Assembly (NCBI GenBank): GCA_001661245.1
Contig: KV454016.1
Location: forward strand, 165,868 to 229,867
DNA length: 64,000 nucleotides
Origin: Pachysolen tannophilus NRRL Y-2460
Taxonomy: Eukaryota
Direction: 5' to 3'
Part shown: piece by piece, positions 1 through 12,353 of the stretch
How the letters are laid out: each line of letters opens with the position of its first letter
Numbering within the stretch: position 1 is the stretch's first letter
Made by a program: the position numbers and the translations under genes
The notes under the pieces: generated by a model
Database searches by the model: none
Told to the model about the DNA's origin: nothing
The model's input: only the letters and a program-made list of their open reading frames with translations

Positions 1-489
1 AAAAAAAAAAAAAAAAAACTCAGGAAATCGTCTCCGTCTCCGTTTCGCTATTTTTTTTTTTTTTTTTGCTTTTTTGATTTATTTTTGTCTTCTGTATTTT
101 TGTAATTACGCTTTTGGGAAGAGTATGTCTGATTTAAAAATTTGGTCATTTTTTTTTCTGTTTTTTTTGTTTTACTTTATAATTATTATTATTATTATTA
201 TTATTATTACGTAACGTAAATTTAAATTAAATAATAAAACAATAAAACAATAATGATACTTGTTTACGTAACTAGTTTGTAGGGATTAATTTTATGTTTG
301 TGTTCTTTTTTTTTTTTTTTTTTTTTTTGGTTGGTTGGGGGAGGGGGATGGGAATGTTTGAATTTGATATTCTCGTTTTTGTGTAATAATAATTAATTAA
401 TTATTTAATAAATGAATGACGTCAATTTTTCAATTGTCAAATGTCTATTGTCAATAGACAATTATAGAAACTTTTCAACTTAATTTTTT

Positions 490-3317
490 TTAATGATAAC
501 TTGTTTTAGCTCTTGGTATAGAAATGGGATTTAAAAAATCATTGCTTTGCATTAGATTAAATCTTGGTTCCCTGGTTACAAATCCGTTACCATCAACACT
601 ATAGGTATAATCCCGGTCGTGTAATAACACGACGCTATTATTATTATTATTATTATTATTATTGGGATTAAAATTTGAATTAGTGTTAAATCTTTGATTT
701 TTCTTTGTTTGTACAACATGTTCCAACTCTTTGAAAAAAATATCCGCTTCAATATTAGTATTATCAGTTGCACATGTAGTTACATTGACTTTATCTCTAA
801 TCACATTGGCAAGTGATGTGTTAGTACTGATTATTGTAGAAGATCTACTGGACAGCCTTGATTGTTTTGAATGTTTTGATTGTTTTAATTGTCTTGATTG
901 TCTTGAAGGTTTAGGATATTTTGGAGCATATGGATTATTATTACTGATATGTTTATAATCACCGAGATATGCTGTAGAATACCATTCCTTGTATGTTCTT
1001 GCACTCTTCAGTTTTCTCAACGATGATTCATAACCAACTTCTTCTTGGTTAACATAATCATCATTCTTGTCATGTTCTTGAACATGTTCTTCAACATGTT
1101 CTTCAACATGTTCTTCAGCATCGTAATCAGTTTTAAATTCTTTTGAAGTTTCTTTTGGAAACGCATAATCTTTCTTGGAAAAAATTCGAACCGCATATTC
1201 AGCTTTCTTTGGATCTTTTAAATGTCCCATGATAACTCCTAGAGCCCCGTCTTCTGCGGCTTTCACAACATCAATAAATGTCTTGTCAGAATAATCATAA
1301 TTATCAATATTATTATTATTTCCAAATGCTTTTTTCAAAGATCCAGTTGATTTTTTCTTGAAAAGTTTACTTTGTCTCTTCTTGTCTTCTTCTAAAATTT
1401 CTTGTAATAACTGCGTATCTGAAATTTCTTCAAATTCTTTATTCAAATTTGCAGGGTTGCATATATAAAGATACAGCGAATAAGGATTGACGTAAATACT
1501 ATTTGCTTCTCCTTCTTCTGGATCTGCATTAGCATTGGCATTAGAATTAGCATTGGCATTAGCATTAGCCAATGCCAAGGCTAAGGCTGTACCTGAACCT
1601 GAAACTGCATCTTTGCCCAGATCACCTTCAATGCCAACAGTGCCAACAGTACCATAAGTACCATCAGTGCATTCAATACCTTCAATTGCTTGTGTTGTCT
1701 TTACTTCCTTCTTCTTTAAATGAAAATCTCTAGCAAACTCTTTTATTGACCTTAAAGATTTTTGCTTAATTAATTCACGACGGCTAGTATGGAAATTAAC
1801 CAAGATTGATTCATCCTTTTTCCGATTTTCTAAAGCATTATCACAAGCTTCATAACGATAATAATGATCAGCTCGACTACGAATATATGAAATCTTACCA
1901 TCTTTTATATTTTCTTGATAAAATTTTTTCTCCAATTCTTCCAGATTCATTTCACTCAAATCTTTAACTAAATTCTTGAGAGTTTTTTCATTGAATTTAA
2001 TATTTTCTGAATTTTTTTTAACCGGTGATGGTACATTATAAGATTCCGTTTCTCCTCCTTCAGTTTCAATCTTTTGTGTATTAAAAGTGTTGTTAGCAAC
2101 TTCATCTTTATAACTAATTTGAGTGTTAGTTGTATTAACTCTACTCAACAATGGCTTATTTTCTTTTTCTCTACCATTTTCTAATTCTATTTCTATATCT
2201 TTCTCTATTTCCAAATCTTTTCCCTTATCTTTCAGTTTTTCATCTTTTTTCTGTCTTGTACTAAATTTTTTCTTAAAATTTTTAAATGTATTAGAAGTTT
2301 TTGGAGGTGTTGCAAAAAAATTTTCTGTTAAATCATTCTTATCTTGTAAACTTGCAACTGCATAAAATTTTTCCTCTTCTCTAGAATTAAAAGATAAAGG
2401 TGTCTCCTGATTATGTAAACCTGCTGTTGTTGCTCCCAAGCTAATTGCTGTTGACTGTATAGTTGAAATTGGTGTAATACCATCGGAAAATTCTTGATTT
2501 AAATTAAGAAATGAATAACCTGTTTTAGGTTTCTTGGTATAACAATTATCCATAATATCAATTTCCCCATCATCATTGTCATTACCAATAGTTAAACCTA
2601 AACTTCTGGTATCTTCTTCTTCCTCTTCTAAATCGCCATCTGTTTCTCTAACATTTGTTGAACAAGTATCAAAAATAGAAGTTACTGTAGGAGAATTTTC
2701 AGTAACCTTGTCTAGAATCTTGGTCTCTTTCTTTTTCCTGCAAAACCAACCTTTGATGCTCCAGGAACGATGGTGATGGTGGTGTTTTTTTCCTCCTTTT
2801 TTTCTTTAATTTCTGTTTCTTCTTCACCGCCACAATTTGCTGTTGCTCTTCCTCTTTCAATATTGCAGTCACCATTTCCCCTACCTTCAACCGGTGTTGG
2901 TGTTGGAATAAGATAGTTAGTACCCATATCTTCACCGTTATAGTTTACGTCAAACGATAATCTACCTCCTGAAGAAGACAGTTGATCCAAACGTTTTATG
3001 CTTTCTTGTCTAACAATTTCAACAACGTTAATAATATTCTTGTCCTTATCCAAATATTCAGGATGATTTTTTTCTAATAAATTAACATTTTTTGATTCGA
3101 TAGCTGCAGAAAGATAAGGATTGTAGTCATGCAACCTCTTCATGGTTTGGACCCGAGTTGCATCTGATGGTGATAACGATGAAGATAATGGGGGTGGAAC
3201 TCTAGTACAGTAATTCAAATATGAATTATAATCATTCATAGACTTTTCTGAAGCTGAGCAAGACTGGTTGTTTTTTATTGCTGTAAGCAAGTCTGTTTGA
3301 GCTCTAATAAAACCCAT
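490..3317 (-). CDS. Uncharacterised low-complexity protein, probably one ~940-aa gene split by a -1 frame change near 2784-2803 (ORFs 2712..3317 + 490..2553)
   Basis: The frame of the 687-aa ORF stays open and protein-like upstream of its ATG to 2805 (…KKHHHHRSWSIKGWFCRKKKETKILDKV…EEEEED…) and overlaps the end of the 201-aa ORF. The junction lies on two A7 runs. No family recognised. Confidence 0.6.
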
Positions 3318-4092
3318 AATGGTTTTTTTTTTAAAAAAAATTTCCGTCTTTTATTACTCTTAGTTTATTTTATAGCTAATTTAAATTAGGATAAAAGTGG
3401 GTGTGTGGGTGCTGTTTTTTTTTTTTTTTGGTTTTTTAGCTTAATATTAGCTATTTGGCTTTATTTTATTTTTATTTTATTTTTTTTTTTATTTCAGTAA
3501 AGTTTTGCAAATTATTAACTGATAAAAGTTCTTTTTAGTTAGCTTTTTAAGTTGTTGAAAGAAATGAAAAGATATTAAAGCATGGAAAATGAGGTCCTCT
3601 GTTTTTTATAATTTTTTACAAAAAGAAACTTTCAGCATTCAGCCTTTCTCAAACTTTTGTTACCATTGTTACTTTTTGCACCATCTGTGAGTTTTGTGTT
3701 ATTTTGAACTTTAAGTTTTGTTCTTTTTGTTTCTTTCAATCTCTTTGTTTTGTGTAACTTTCTGTTAACATTCAAAAAAAAATACAAAAATACAAAAACC
3801 AAAACAAAAAAAAACAAGCCGTGCATTATTATGCATGTGCATATGTCCTGAATCGCATAAGATTGCATAACGGTTTTTTGTGTTTTAAATCACGACCAAA
3901 ATTTTCAACACAGATAAACTAACTAACAAAATAACAAAAACAAAAGATTAAATTATTAACGTTTTTTTTTATTTTATTTTTTTTTTGGTTAGATCAAATT
4001 ACAGTACATGGTGGTGTATCTGAAGATATTTAGAGGTGATTAGGAAGAAGATTATCAGATAGTTGAAGGATTTGGTTGAATTTTTTTAAAAA

Positions 4093-5371
4093 ATGAAAAG
4101 TATATCGGATACACTAAAGCAATTGGCACTTCAGAAAAAATTAACAAATAATGTGTTGATGTCAATATGTAGGAACTGTGGATTTCGTAAGTAATGCATG
4201 CTAATACAAAAATACAAAATGAATTTTTTTTTTTCTCTTCTTTTTGAAAATTGTTGATTATGTATACTAACTAGAATTGGGGTTCATAGAAATATCGACA
4301 CTGGCATCGAAAGCAAGATTAATTGAGAACGTTGCGTCAAGTTTAGAGACGAAATCACTTATATTCAATCCTTTAAAATCCGTAAAGAATAATGGTCATG
4401 GTGATGATAATTTTAAGATTTTGTCGATTGATATGGGGATAAAACATTTTGCTTATTGCAAAATTTCAATAAAGAAATCACAATCATTTAAAGGGAAACC
4501 AGTTATTGATGAATGGAACAAGATGAATTTAATAAATTGGTCGTCATCGGTTATACCCAGTGGTGCAACTGGAACTTTAGAATTTACACCGTTGAATTAT
4601 TCTAAATTGTCTAATGAATTAATATTTGAATTGATTTATAGTAATGGGTATAACCCTGATTTGATACTAATTGAAAGACAAAGATTTAGAACTATGGGTA
4701 ATAGTAATGTATTAGAAAATATTCTCAAATCAAACATCTTGGAGAATATGCTTTTTTCAAGTTTGACAACTTTGAATAGATATGATAGTACCAAATTTCA
4801 AAGTTTGTTGGTTTCATCTTCACCTTTAACAATGACAAACTATTGGGTTAATTATAAAACAATGCTGGTTAACAATGGGAAAAAAATTGATGAGAATATA
4901 AATTCTCCTCCAAATAATGCTGAAAATTCTAAAAAAATTAGAATAAAGTTGGTTTCTAATTGGATAACCAATAATATTAACAAAGATTTTGATAGAACTC
5001 CTATTACGTTAAATAATAAAAATTTAGAAAAAGAAACCCTGACAAGCAATATTCACCTACAAAAGATACTAGATATAAAAAGTGATTCAAGAAAATTGTA
5101 TGAGTTTATGAATTTTTTAAAGAAACCTCATTCTTCAATTACCAATGCTTCAAATAGCAATAGCAGAGTTGTACAGAAATTATTAGAAAAGGAAAAAGGT
5201 GATGACTTAGCTGACTGTTTACTTCATGGTTTAAGCTGGTTTAATTTTGAAAAAAATAAGGACACAATTTACAAAACTTTGACTGGAGATCCTGCTAGCT
5301 TGATTGAAGTTTTGAATCAAATAGAAAAAACCCATCTACGGGAAATTGAACTATCACTTCTTTCAAATTGA
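4093..5371 (+). CDS. CCE1: Mitochondrial cruciform-cutting endonuclease (Cce1/Ydc2, RuvC-like); exons 4093-4186 and 4290-5371
   Basis: Motifs ILSIDMGIKHFAY, IERQRFR and KGDDLADCLL. GTAAGT donor at 4187, TACTAAC at 4265, CATAG acceptor ending 4289. Splicing gives an in-frame SAP-like N-terminus. Confidence 0.8.
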
Positions 5372-5608
5372 ATAAAACTTTTCAAAATTGAACAAATCTT
5401 ATGGTCGTGTTTTGAAATATCAATTACTTTGTATTGGTATTTAATATTCATAAATGTTGGAATGGAATCCATTAACAATAAAACAACTCTCTCTTTTCAT
5501 TGATAATTACTATTTAATCATTATTAAAAGAAGGAATTACTTATTGAATCGGGTCAGGAATCAATTTTTTGATTTTTGTTTTGTTTTTTTTTTTTTTTGT
5601 ATTTGGAG

Positions 5609-6220
5609 ATGAAGACCAATGTTCGTTGTAATTTACTTCAATTGTCCAACATATTGTTGGCAATATCGTCTGCATTTATGTTTTGGAAAACGCTATCGGT
5701 AGTTGCAAATTCACCTTCTCCAATAGTAGTGGTATTATCAGGATCTATGGAACCGGCTTTCCAAAGAGGAGATATATTGTTTTTATGGAATAGGGATAAA
5801 TACGTTGATGTAGGAGATATAGTGGTTTACAATATGGATCATAGAGATATTCCAATTGTTCATAGAGTCTTGAGAGAGCATAAGGTAATTCCTACAGATG
5901 AAGAAATTGAAAAATTTAATAAGAAACAAGGATTAAAGAAAGATAAAAATTCAAATCTTAAAATTCCAAAAAATAAAAAAATTAAAGAATTAAAACCAAG
6001 TCAAAAAATATTGACTAAAGGTGATAATAACCCTTCTGATGATTTACCCTTATATGGATACAAACAAATGTATATAGATCGGGATAATGATCTTATTGGT
6101 TCAGTTAAAGGTTATATACCTTTGGCCGGATACGTGACCATTTTGATTTCAGAAAATATTTACTTTAAATACATCTTAATTGGGTTGATTTGTTTGTCAT
6201 CATTGTTTTCCAATGAATGA
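5609..6220 (+). CDS. SEC11: Signal peptidase catalytic subunit
   Basis: [37 protein letters not shown]. First ATG at 5609. Confidence 0.95.
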   Translation: MKTNVRCNLLQLSNILLAISSAFMFWKTLSVVANSPSPIVVVLSGSMEPAFQRGDILFLWNRDKYVDVGDIVVYNMDHRDIPIVHRVLREHKVIPTDEEIEKFNKKQGLKKDKNSNLKIPKNKKIKELKPSQKILTKGDNNPSDDLPLYGYKQMYIDRDNDLIGSVKGYIPLAGYVTILISENIYFKYILIGLICLSSLFSNE

Positions 6221-6630
6221 TTATATTTCACAATATTCTCAACACACAAATTCATTCCATTTGAATGATCCCATTATATAGTTAGATAGAATTTTTTTTT
6301 TTTGAAAAAAAACCAAGGCTAAGTTCTTACCACAGATGGATCAATTCTTATATGTTCTTTACCTTATTATGCCATTTCAACAAAATTTTAAATATCCAAA
6401 TTAATTTTTACACCAAATCTTTAATGAAATTGAAGAAAGAAAGCATTTTTTTTTTTTTGTTTAATATTAATTTTTGAAAATAGACTGAATTAAAATCATA
6501 AGGATTGTCTTCTTGTCTGTTGTTCGTTATTCGTTATTCATTATTCATTCGTTGTTTGTAGTTATTTGATCTCTCGTCGTTGAACATTTTAAACGATAAT
6601 CAATTTTTACAAATTTATTTTATTTTTATA

Positions 6631-6671
<41 letters not shown>

Positions 6672-6855
6672 TGTTCTGTGGTAATAATAGACGGTTATTA
6701 ATTACCAACAACATTTGATAAAAAACATCAATTCTCGGGAATATCATATCAATCTCTCAGTAGAGGTTCTTGGTTTTAGAACTTTTGTTGTTTTTTTTTG
6801 TTTTTTTATTATTATTATTATTATTTGGTGGTTTTAATTGTAAGGTTGATCAAGA

Positions 6856-7596
6856 ATGTCACTGTCAGAGAAACAGCATAGTTACTTTTGTAAAGAGTGT
6901 AATAAAGAAATTAGAATCAAATCGGTGAAAGATCATAAGTATAATGTACATAATAAGAGGAACCAATTAAAGAAGTTGAATAGTAAATTACAAACATATC
7001 GTGATATAGTTGACAAGTTGGATAAAGAGAGAAGAAAATTGGAAGAAATTATCGATGCGGAATCGGGATTTTCTTCAAAGAAAGGAAACTATGTTGAGAA
7101 AATTGATAATGATAATGAACCGGATTTGAAAGCTGATGATAGGTATAATGAGTTAAAAGATGGACAAACACGAAAAGATGATGAAGATAAAGATCAAGAT
7201 AAACAACAGACAAATTTTGAAATTAGCCCATCTTCTATAACAACTTTAACAAAACCTTTATATTCATTAACCTCTCATCAACAAATCAAAAACCTTAATA
7301 AAGATAGTGATAACAAAAAAAAGGAAACCAACAACCAACGGAGCAAAGAATTAGTAAAACCACAAACCTCATCAGTGCGAACAACTAATTACGAACATAT
7401 GATACAAAATAAAGAAATAGATGAAAATCTGGAAACTCTCATTAATAAAAATTCTGTAGTTCCAATATCATCATTAACACTGATTGTTGAAAAAAATGAA
7501 TCGAATAGATATGTTGACTCTAATACCAGTGATGAAATACTTAAAAAAGAGGACATAGTTGTTGGTAGAAGTAAACGCAAAAGACCAGTACGCTAG
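6856..7596 (+). CDS. Hypothetical protein with N-terminal C2H2-like zinc finger, coiled coil and basic C-terminus
   Basis: 246-aa ATG ORF; CKEC-x12-HKYNVH; C-terminal RSKRKRPVR. Confidence 0.6.
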   Translation: MSLSEKQHSYFCKECNKEIRIKSVKDHKYNVHNKRNQLKKLNSKLQTYRDIVDKLDKERRKLEEIIDAESGFSSKKGNYVEKIDNDNEPDLKADDRYNELKDGQTRKDDEDKDQDKQQTNFEISPSSITTLTKPLYSLTSHQQIKNLNKDSDNKKKETNNQRSKELVKPQTSSVRTTNYEHMIQNKEIDENLETLINKNSVVPISSLTLIVEKNESNRYVDSNTSDEILKKEDIVVGRSKRKRPVR

Positions 7597-7634
7597 AGAC
7601 TCTAAATAAACTTTAGTTTGTAATTATTATATAA

Positions 7635-7671
<37 letters not shown>

Positions 7672-7835
7672 GTCAAGACAATTTATTTTTATTAAACTCA
7701 ATTTTGGTTTTCCTTTTTTTTCTTTCTTTAAATAAAAGAAAAAAGAGTAAAGAATAAAAGAAGAATAATCAAGAACAAAAAAAAAGGTTAAAAAGAATTG
7801 AAAGCAAAGAAATAAAGAATTAAAATTAAAAATAT

Positions 7836-9032
7836 TTAGCTGTTACCTTTCCAAACATTTTCAAAATAGTGTTTAACAAATGCTAATGGATGATCATCAT
7901 TTTGAGAACCCATAGTACCAATTCCTGGAGAGAAACTTGTAATTGGTAAGATTAAAACATCACTGACTAATTTTGGAACATCTAATTTGGTAAAATCTTT
8001 CCATGTTACTTTTGAATAAATACCACTTTGAACATAATCATTAAAATAAGTAAAGATAACATCTGTCCAAACACCAGCGCCTGTCCATTCCATTATATCC
8101 AAATTTTTAGTTCTTGTTGTTTTTGAAGGATCATTTGTTTGAGATAATTTTAAATCATTATTTTCTGCTTTTTTCAAAGTGAGTTCAGTTACTTTTGCCA
8201 CGATTTCTCTTAATATTGGATGACCTGGTTTAGATTGTAAAACCCAATTTGCAAATTGAAGTCTTCTTGCATAATGTTGTCTCCAATCTGGAGAATCTGG
8301 ATCTGAAGAAATTCCAATAATCATTCCAATCTCTGATGGAGCAACATTTTCAGGAATCCAATTTGGTACTGGTTGTAAAGGTAAAGTATCAACATCCAGA
8401 TAAACACCACCTTTTGCAAATAAAATTAAATAACGGAAAAAATCCATTTTTAAAATAATATCTGGTAATAATTCATAAGCTTTAACAACATCTGGAATTT
8501 GCATATATAAATAATGAATTATAGCACTTGCAGTATCATCATTAAATAATTCATGTACAAAACCTGGATTTTTTAAAGCCCATTGAGTTTCACCTTCTTT
8601 AAATTTTTCACCAAATCTTTCATCATTTAATCCATATTTCCAAGATTGCCAAATATAAGCAGGAAATTTTTTATTTTGATCATAAGGAAATAAAAATGCT
8701 AAAGTTTCTCTTAATGTTGAACCCAGTGGAGGTCTTCTTAATTCTTTTAATTGTTTTTCTAATTTTTGTCTTTCTTTTTCTAATTTACTTAATCTTTCAT
8801 CTTGTTGTTTTAATAAATCTTCTGTTATTTTTTCTAATTTTTGAGTAAATTCTTCTTGTTGCTTTTTAGCATTATTACTATTTATAAAATCTGGAGGTAT
8901 AATATTAGCACTTTGCTTTAAAACTTCTTGTAAATCCGAAGATTTATTAGAAGTAATTTTAATAACTGTTGTTATCACAATAATAATAGAAACTGCTATA
9001 AGAAGCAATTTCCTCAACGTCACAGGTTTCAT
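7836..9032 (-). CDS. HOC1: Golgi alpha-1,6-mannosyltransferase (GT32, Och1/Hoc1 family)
   Basis: N-terminal TM, DFFRYLILFAKGGVY[CTG=A]DVDT with DXD motif, WTGAGVWTD. Adjacent to MOG1 and OPI3, as in S. cerevisiae. Confidence 0.85.
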   Translation of the reverse strand: MKPVTLRKLLLIAVSIIIVITTVIKITSNKSSDLQEVLKQSANIIPPDFINSNNAKKQQEEFTQKLEKITEDLLKQQDERLSKLEKERQKLEKQLKELRRPPLGSTLRETLAFLFPYDQNKKFPAYIWQSWKYGLNDERFGEKFKEGETQWALKNPGFVHELFNDDTASAIIHYLYMQIPDVVKAYELLPDIILKMDFFRYLILFAKGGVYLDVDTLPLQPVPNWIPENVAPSEIGMIIGISSDPDSPDWRQHYARRLQFANWVLQSKPGHPILREIVAKVTELTLKKAENNDLKLSQTNDPSKTTRTKNLDIMEWTGAGVWTDVIFTYFNDYVQSGIYSKVTWKDFTKLDVPKLVSDVLILPITSFSPGIGTMGSQNDDHPLAFVKHYFENVWKGNS

Positions 9033-9719
9033 AATATTCTCCAAAAAAAACCAAAAAAAAAAATGAAAAAAAAGGTTTATACTTCAACCGAATTAAATCT
9101 ATCTCTATTTGAATTTTAATAAACTTTTAATATAGTTGAAAACTTTATGAAATTCGTAAAATCAAAAATGAAATTTTCCATTTAAATAAAAAAATAAAAA
9201 AATAAAAAAATAAAAAAATAAAAGAAAAAAAAACTCCCCAATAACCAAATGAAGTAGAAATTCACTAGCAATCAACTCAACCAATCTACAAACAATTAAC
9301 AATAAAAAAAAAAAGAAAAAAGAAAAAAAATTTTAATTGATTAGATTTCACCACATATAATTAATTAATTAATTATAGATAAAAAGTGAAGTATTAATTA
9401 TATTAGTTTAAAGGTATTAATTATTATGGTGAAAAAAAAAAAATTCCAAAAAAAAATTAACAGAATAAAAAAATTACCCGAATTGGACATTTGCATATTT
9501 CAAGCACGACTTTTGTTTTGAAGAAAATAATTAAATTTTTAGGGGCTGAATGAATGACGTAATCAAATATGTATTTTTTACACTACCTTCGAGATGCATT
9601 TTTTTGTTATGAGCTCACTACCTTTTATAGTGCACTACTTTTTACCTTTTTGTAAAATCTGAACTACCTTAGCTATCTGTACATCCTGCACCATCTCTTG
9701 AACTACCTTTTTGTATTAG

Positions 9720-10434
9720 TTAATTAGTAAATATTGACCAATCTTCGATTTTAACTGATTGTAAAAAATGGTTTAAAACTTTTGAAGCTAAATTAATTCT
9801 TTGTGATGCCTTGTTATGATTCTCATTATCTCCTTGATCTAATGTAAATAAATCGTCTAATTCTTCTTCACTTACTATGGGGACATTTATGGTACATAAT
9901 AAATCAGTTGAAATTTTTTCAATTCTGATTAATCCTAATAATATAACTAATGTTGGTTGATTTGATCCCTTAGTTGTACGCCCCCATTTTTTAGCTGGCT
10001 CAATACAAACTGCAGTAAAGATATTATCATTTCTAAATAATGAAAAAAAAAATTAATTAGTACTATATACATGTAAAATCAAGCGTTTTTTTTTTATATT
10101 ATACTTACGGGAAATTTTGTGATTTAAAATTTTCTATTTTTTGTAATTTCCATTCATTTTCTCCTCCATTATTGTTTAAACTTGAAATTTCCTTAGCATG
10201 TGTATAAATTGATTCAATATCATCCTTACCTGGATCAACAATTACTCTTTCCATTAAATCTATAACAATTGAATCATCTTTATTTAATTCTGAATAATTT
10301 AATGTATTTGAATCTGCAACTAAAAAAACTTCTTGAGTATCTGGTATTTGTCTTAATTGTGATGCATCAACTAAATTTTTTGGTAACTCTGCTGTAATAG
10401 CACCCCCATATAAGTGATGTTTTTCAAATATCAT
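9720..10434 (-). CDS. MOG1: Ran-binding nuclear import factor; exons 10434-10109 and 10032-9720
   Basis: LYGGAIT…DASQLRQIPDTQEVF. GTAAGT donor at 10108, TACTAAT branch, TAG acceptor ending 10033. Exon 2 continues in frame (LIRIEKFSTDLLCTINVP…IEDWSIFTN*). Confidence 0.9.
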
Positions 10435-10833
10435 TTCAAAAAATTTTTTTTTTGCTTTTATTAATAAAATATATATCTAATAATATCTATCTCATTCTCT
10501 ATAACTTTTAACTAAATAATATTATCGGAAAGAAGTCTAGTTAAGGGCGGTTAATTGAAAAATCAAAAATTTTTGAAGCAAAAAAAAAAAAAATTGCCAA
10601 TTTGAGTTTTTAATTTTTTTTTCTCTTTCTTTCTTTATTAATAGAATTAATTTATTTTGTAACAATTTTTTTATTTTTGCTTAATTTATTTGATTGTCTT
10701 AATGGTTTTTAATTTAATTGCTAAATACAAAATTGTTTTAAAATTAAATATATAAATAATTATAGTTATTTTTTATCCTATTTGATTCAGGGCCAATCTT
10801 GAAGCAAATTTTGATTTTTATCGCATTGTGTTT

Positions 10834-10905
10834 GCCTCTTTGGCCCAGTGGTAAGGCACCTCACTCGTAATGAGGCGATCGTCGGTTCGATTCCGACAAG
10901 AGGCA
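10834..10905 (+). tRNA. tRNA-Thr(CGT)
   Basis: Acceptor GCCTCTT/AAGAGGC+A; anticodon arm CCTCA-CT CGT AA-TGAGG; GTTCGATTC T-arm. Confidence 0.95.
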
Positions 10906-10984
10906 AAAAAAAATTAAAAAATTAAAAAAATTAAAATTTTCAAAAGATACTTTTTTTATTTATTCTATTTAGTTAGGTTGCTAT

Positions 10985-11742
10985 TTATCTTTTTTTAGTA
11001 GCTTCCTTATCAGCATAGATTTTTGCAGTATAAGGTTCTTCAAATAATAAAGCTAATTGGTATTGTGAAAAGACAACAAGAGTTGCCAATAATCCAGCAG
11101 GTTTACCATACCATAAAGCAGTTCCTAAAAAACATAATGAAGAACCATTATACATTGGATTACTGCAAACGTTAAATGGGAAACTTACGACTCTTTTTGA
11201 CATTAATATTCCAAAATAATCTCCAAGATAAGTACCTGTAATACCTAATTTATACATTGAAGAAACAACTAATATACTTCCAATAGAAAATATTATTAAC
11301 CCTAAAGATTTAATTAAATTTTCATACTCTGGTTGTAAAAATAATGAAAATGTTGGTTGTTCACTTAAAGCTTTATTATAAAAATCATCTCTAATTAAAC
11401 CTAAACTGAAAATTGTAAAAGCTAAAAAATAACATCCATTTTTAGCTGATCCAAAAATTTTGGTTAAAAAATGTGTCTTGTGTTCTAATCTTGCCATTAT
11501 ATTCCAGTAAATAGGATTGAATAAGATTAAACCAATAGCAACTAAATAAAACACACAGAAAAAATTTCTAGTTAGTTTTAAAACAACAAAAGAAAAAGAA
11601 AATTTTTTTTTATTTTTCTTTAATACTTACTCTGTAAATTTCTATTAGTAAAATCAATATCATTTATCAATTCAAAGAAAAATTTATTAGCCGCAGAAAC
11701 CAATTCTTCAATTTTAAATTGATCCATTTTAAATTGATCCAT
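10985..11742 (-). CDS. OPI3: Phospholipid N-methyltransferase; exons 11742-11631 and 11541-10985
   Basis: FNPIYWNIMARLE, LGITGTYLGDYFGILM, FEEPYTAKIY. GTAAGT at 11630 and TTTAG ending 11542 join as NLQIAIGLILFNP. Two in-frame ATGs (11742, 11727) come from a 15-bp duplication. Confidence 0.92.
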
Positions 11743-11812
11743 TTTCAACAAAGCAAATCAAACCAAAGAAAAATAAAATAAATAAATAAAAAAAAATCCT
11801 TGAAATTTTAGT

Positions 11813-11843
<31 letters not shown>

Positions 11844-12063
11844 CCAACTTTACAATTTCTCCCCAACAACTCGGGTTGGTTATACCATGGGGAAAAGGTA
11901 CTTGATTTCAATCACTCCCCGAAGCATGTGATAATTAACCACTTGCTTCTTACCAAACGTGCACGACCTTTGTTATGCATGTTTTTTTGTTTTTTGTTTT
12001 TAAATCGTGCGGCTGTTTTTATTATTAAAAAACGAAAAATAATTTGGTCCTGCTTCTAAGTTG

Positions 12064-12088
12064 CATTGTCTTTTCCCGATTTGGTAAT
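12064..12088 (+). promoter_or_regulatory. a-specific gene element: MATa2 site (CATTGTC) + 4 bp + Mcm1 site (CCCGATTTGG)
   Basis: CATTGTC TTTT CCCGATTTGG TAAT about 270 bp upstream of STE6; matches the ancestral a2-Mcm1 arrangement. Confidence 0.7.
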
Positions 12089-12244
12089 AATGGAATGGGT
12101 ATTATTCATTTGGAATATAGATGAGTTTGTGAATTATGTTCTTTTTCTTTTTTATTGAGGCATTCAATTTGTTAATCTGGTATTGATTTTTTATGAAAAA
12201 AATGTTTTGAGGCTCTTTTAAAACTTGGACTTTGCTAAAAGAAA

Positions 12245-12281
<37 letters not shown>

Positions 12282-12353
12282 AAGATTGCAGGTTTTTTAT
12301 TCAAAAATTCTTTTTTTCTTTTTTTTGCTTTTCCATTTTACTTTAAGTTCGTG

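Noticed and set aside
1..489. Telomere or subtelomere at the window start
   Set aside because: Only poly-A/T and (ATT)n microsatellites, like other spacers here; no telomeric repeat.
11568..11577. ACTAAC-TAG as a Yarrowia-like fused branch/acceptor in OPI3
   Set aside because: It is out of frame. The AG ending 11542 restores the frame and the homologous spacing.
12225..12353. TTG-initiated N-terminal extensions in the ORF track (STE6, also SEC11, CUL3, CDC10)
   Set aside because: They run through (TA)n or poly-T non-coding-like sequence; downstream ATGs fit the homologues better.
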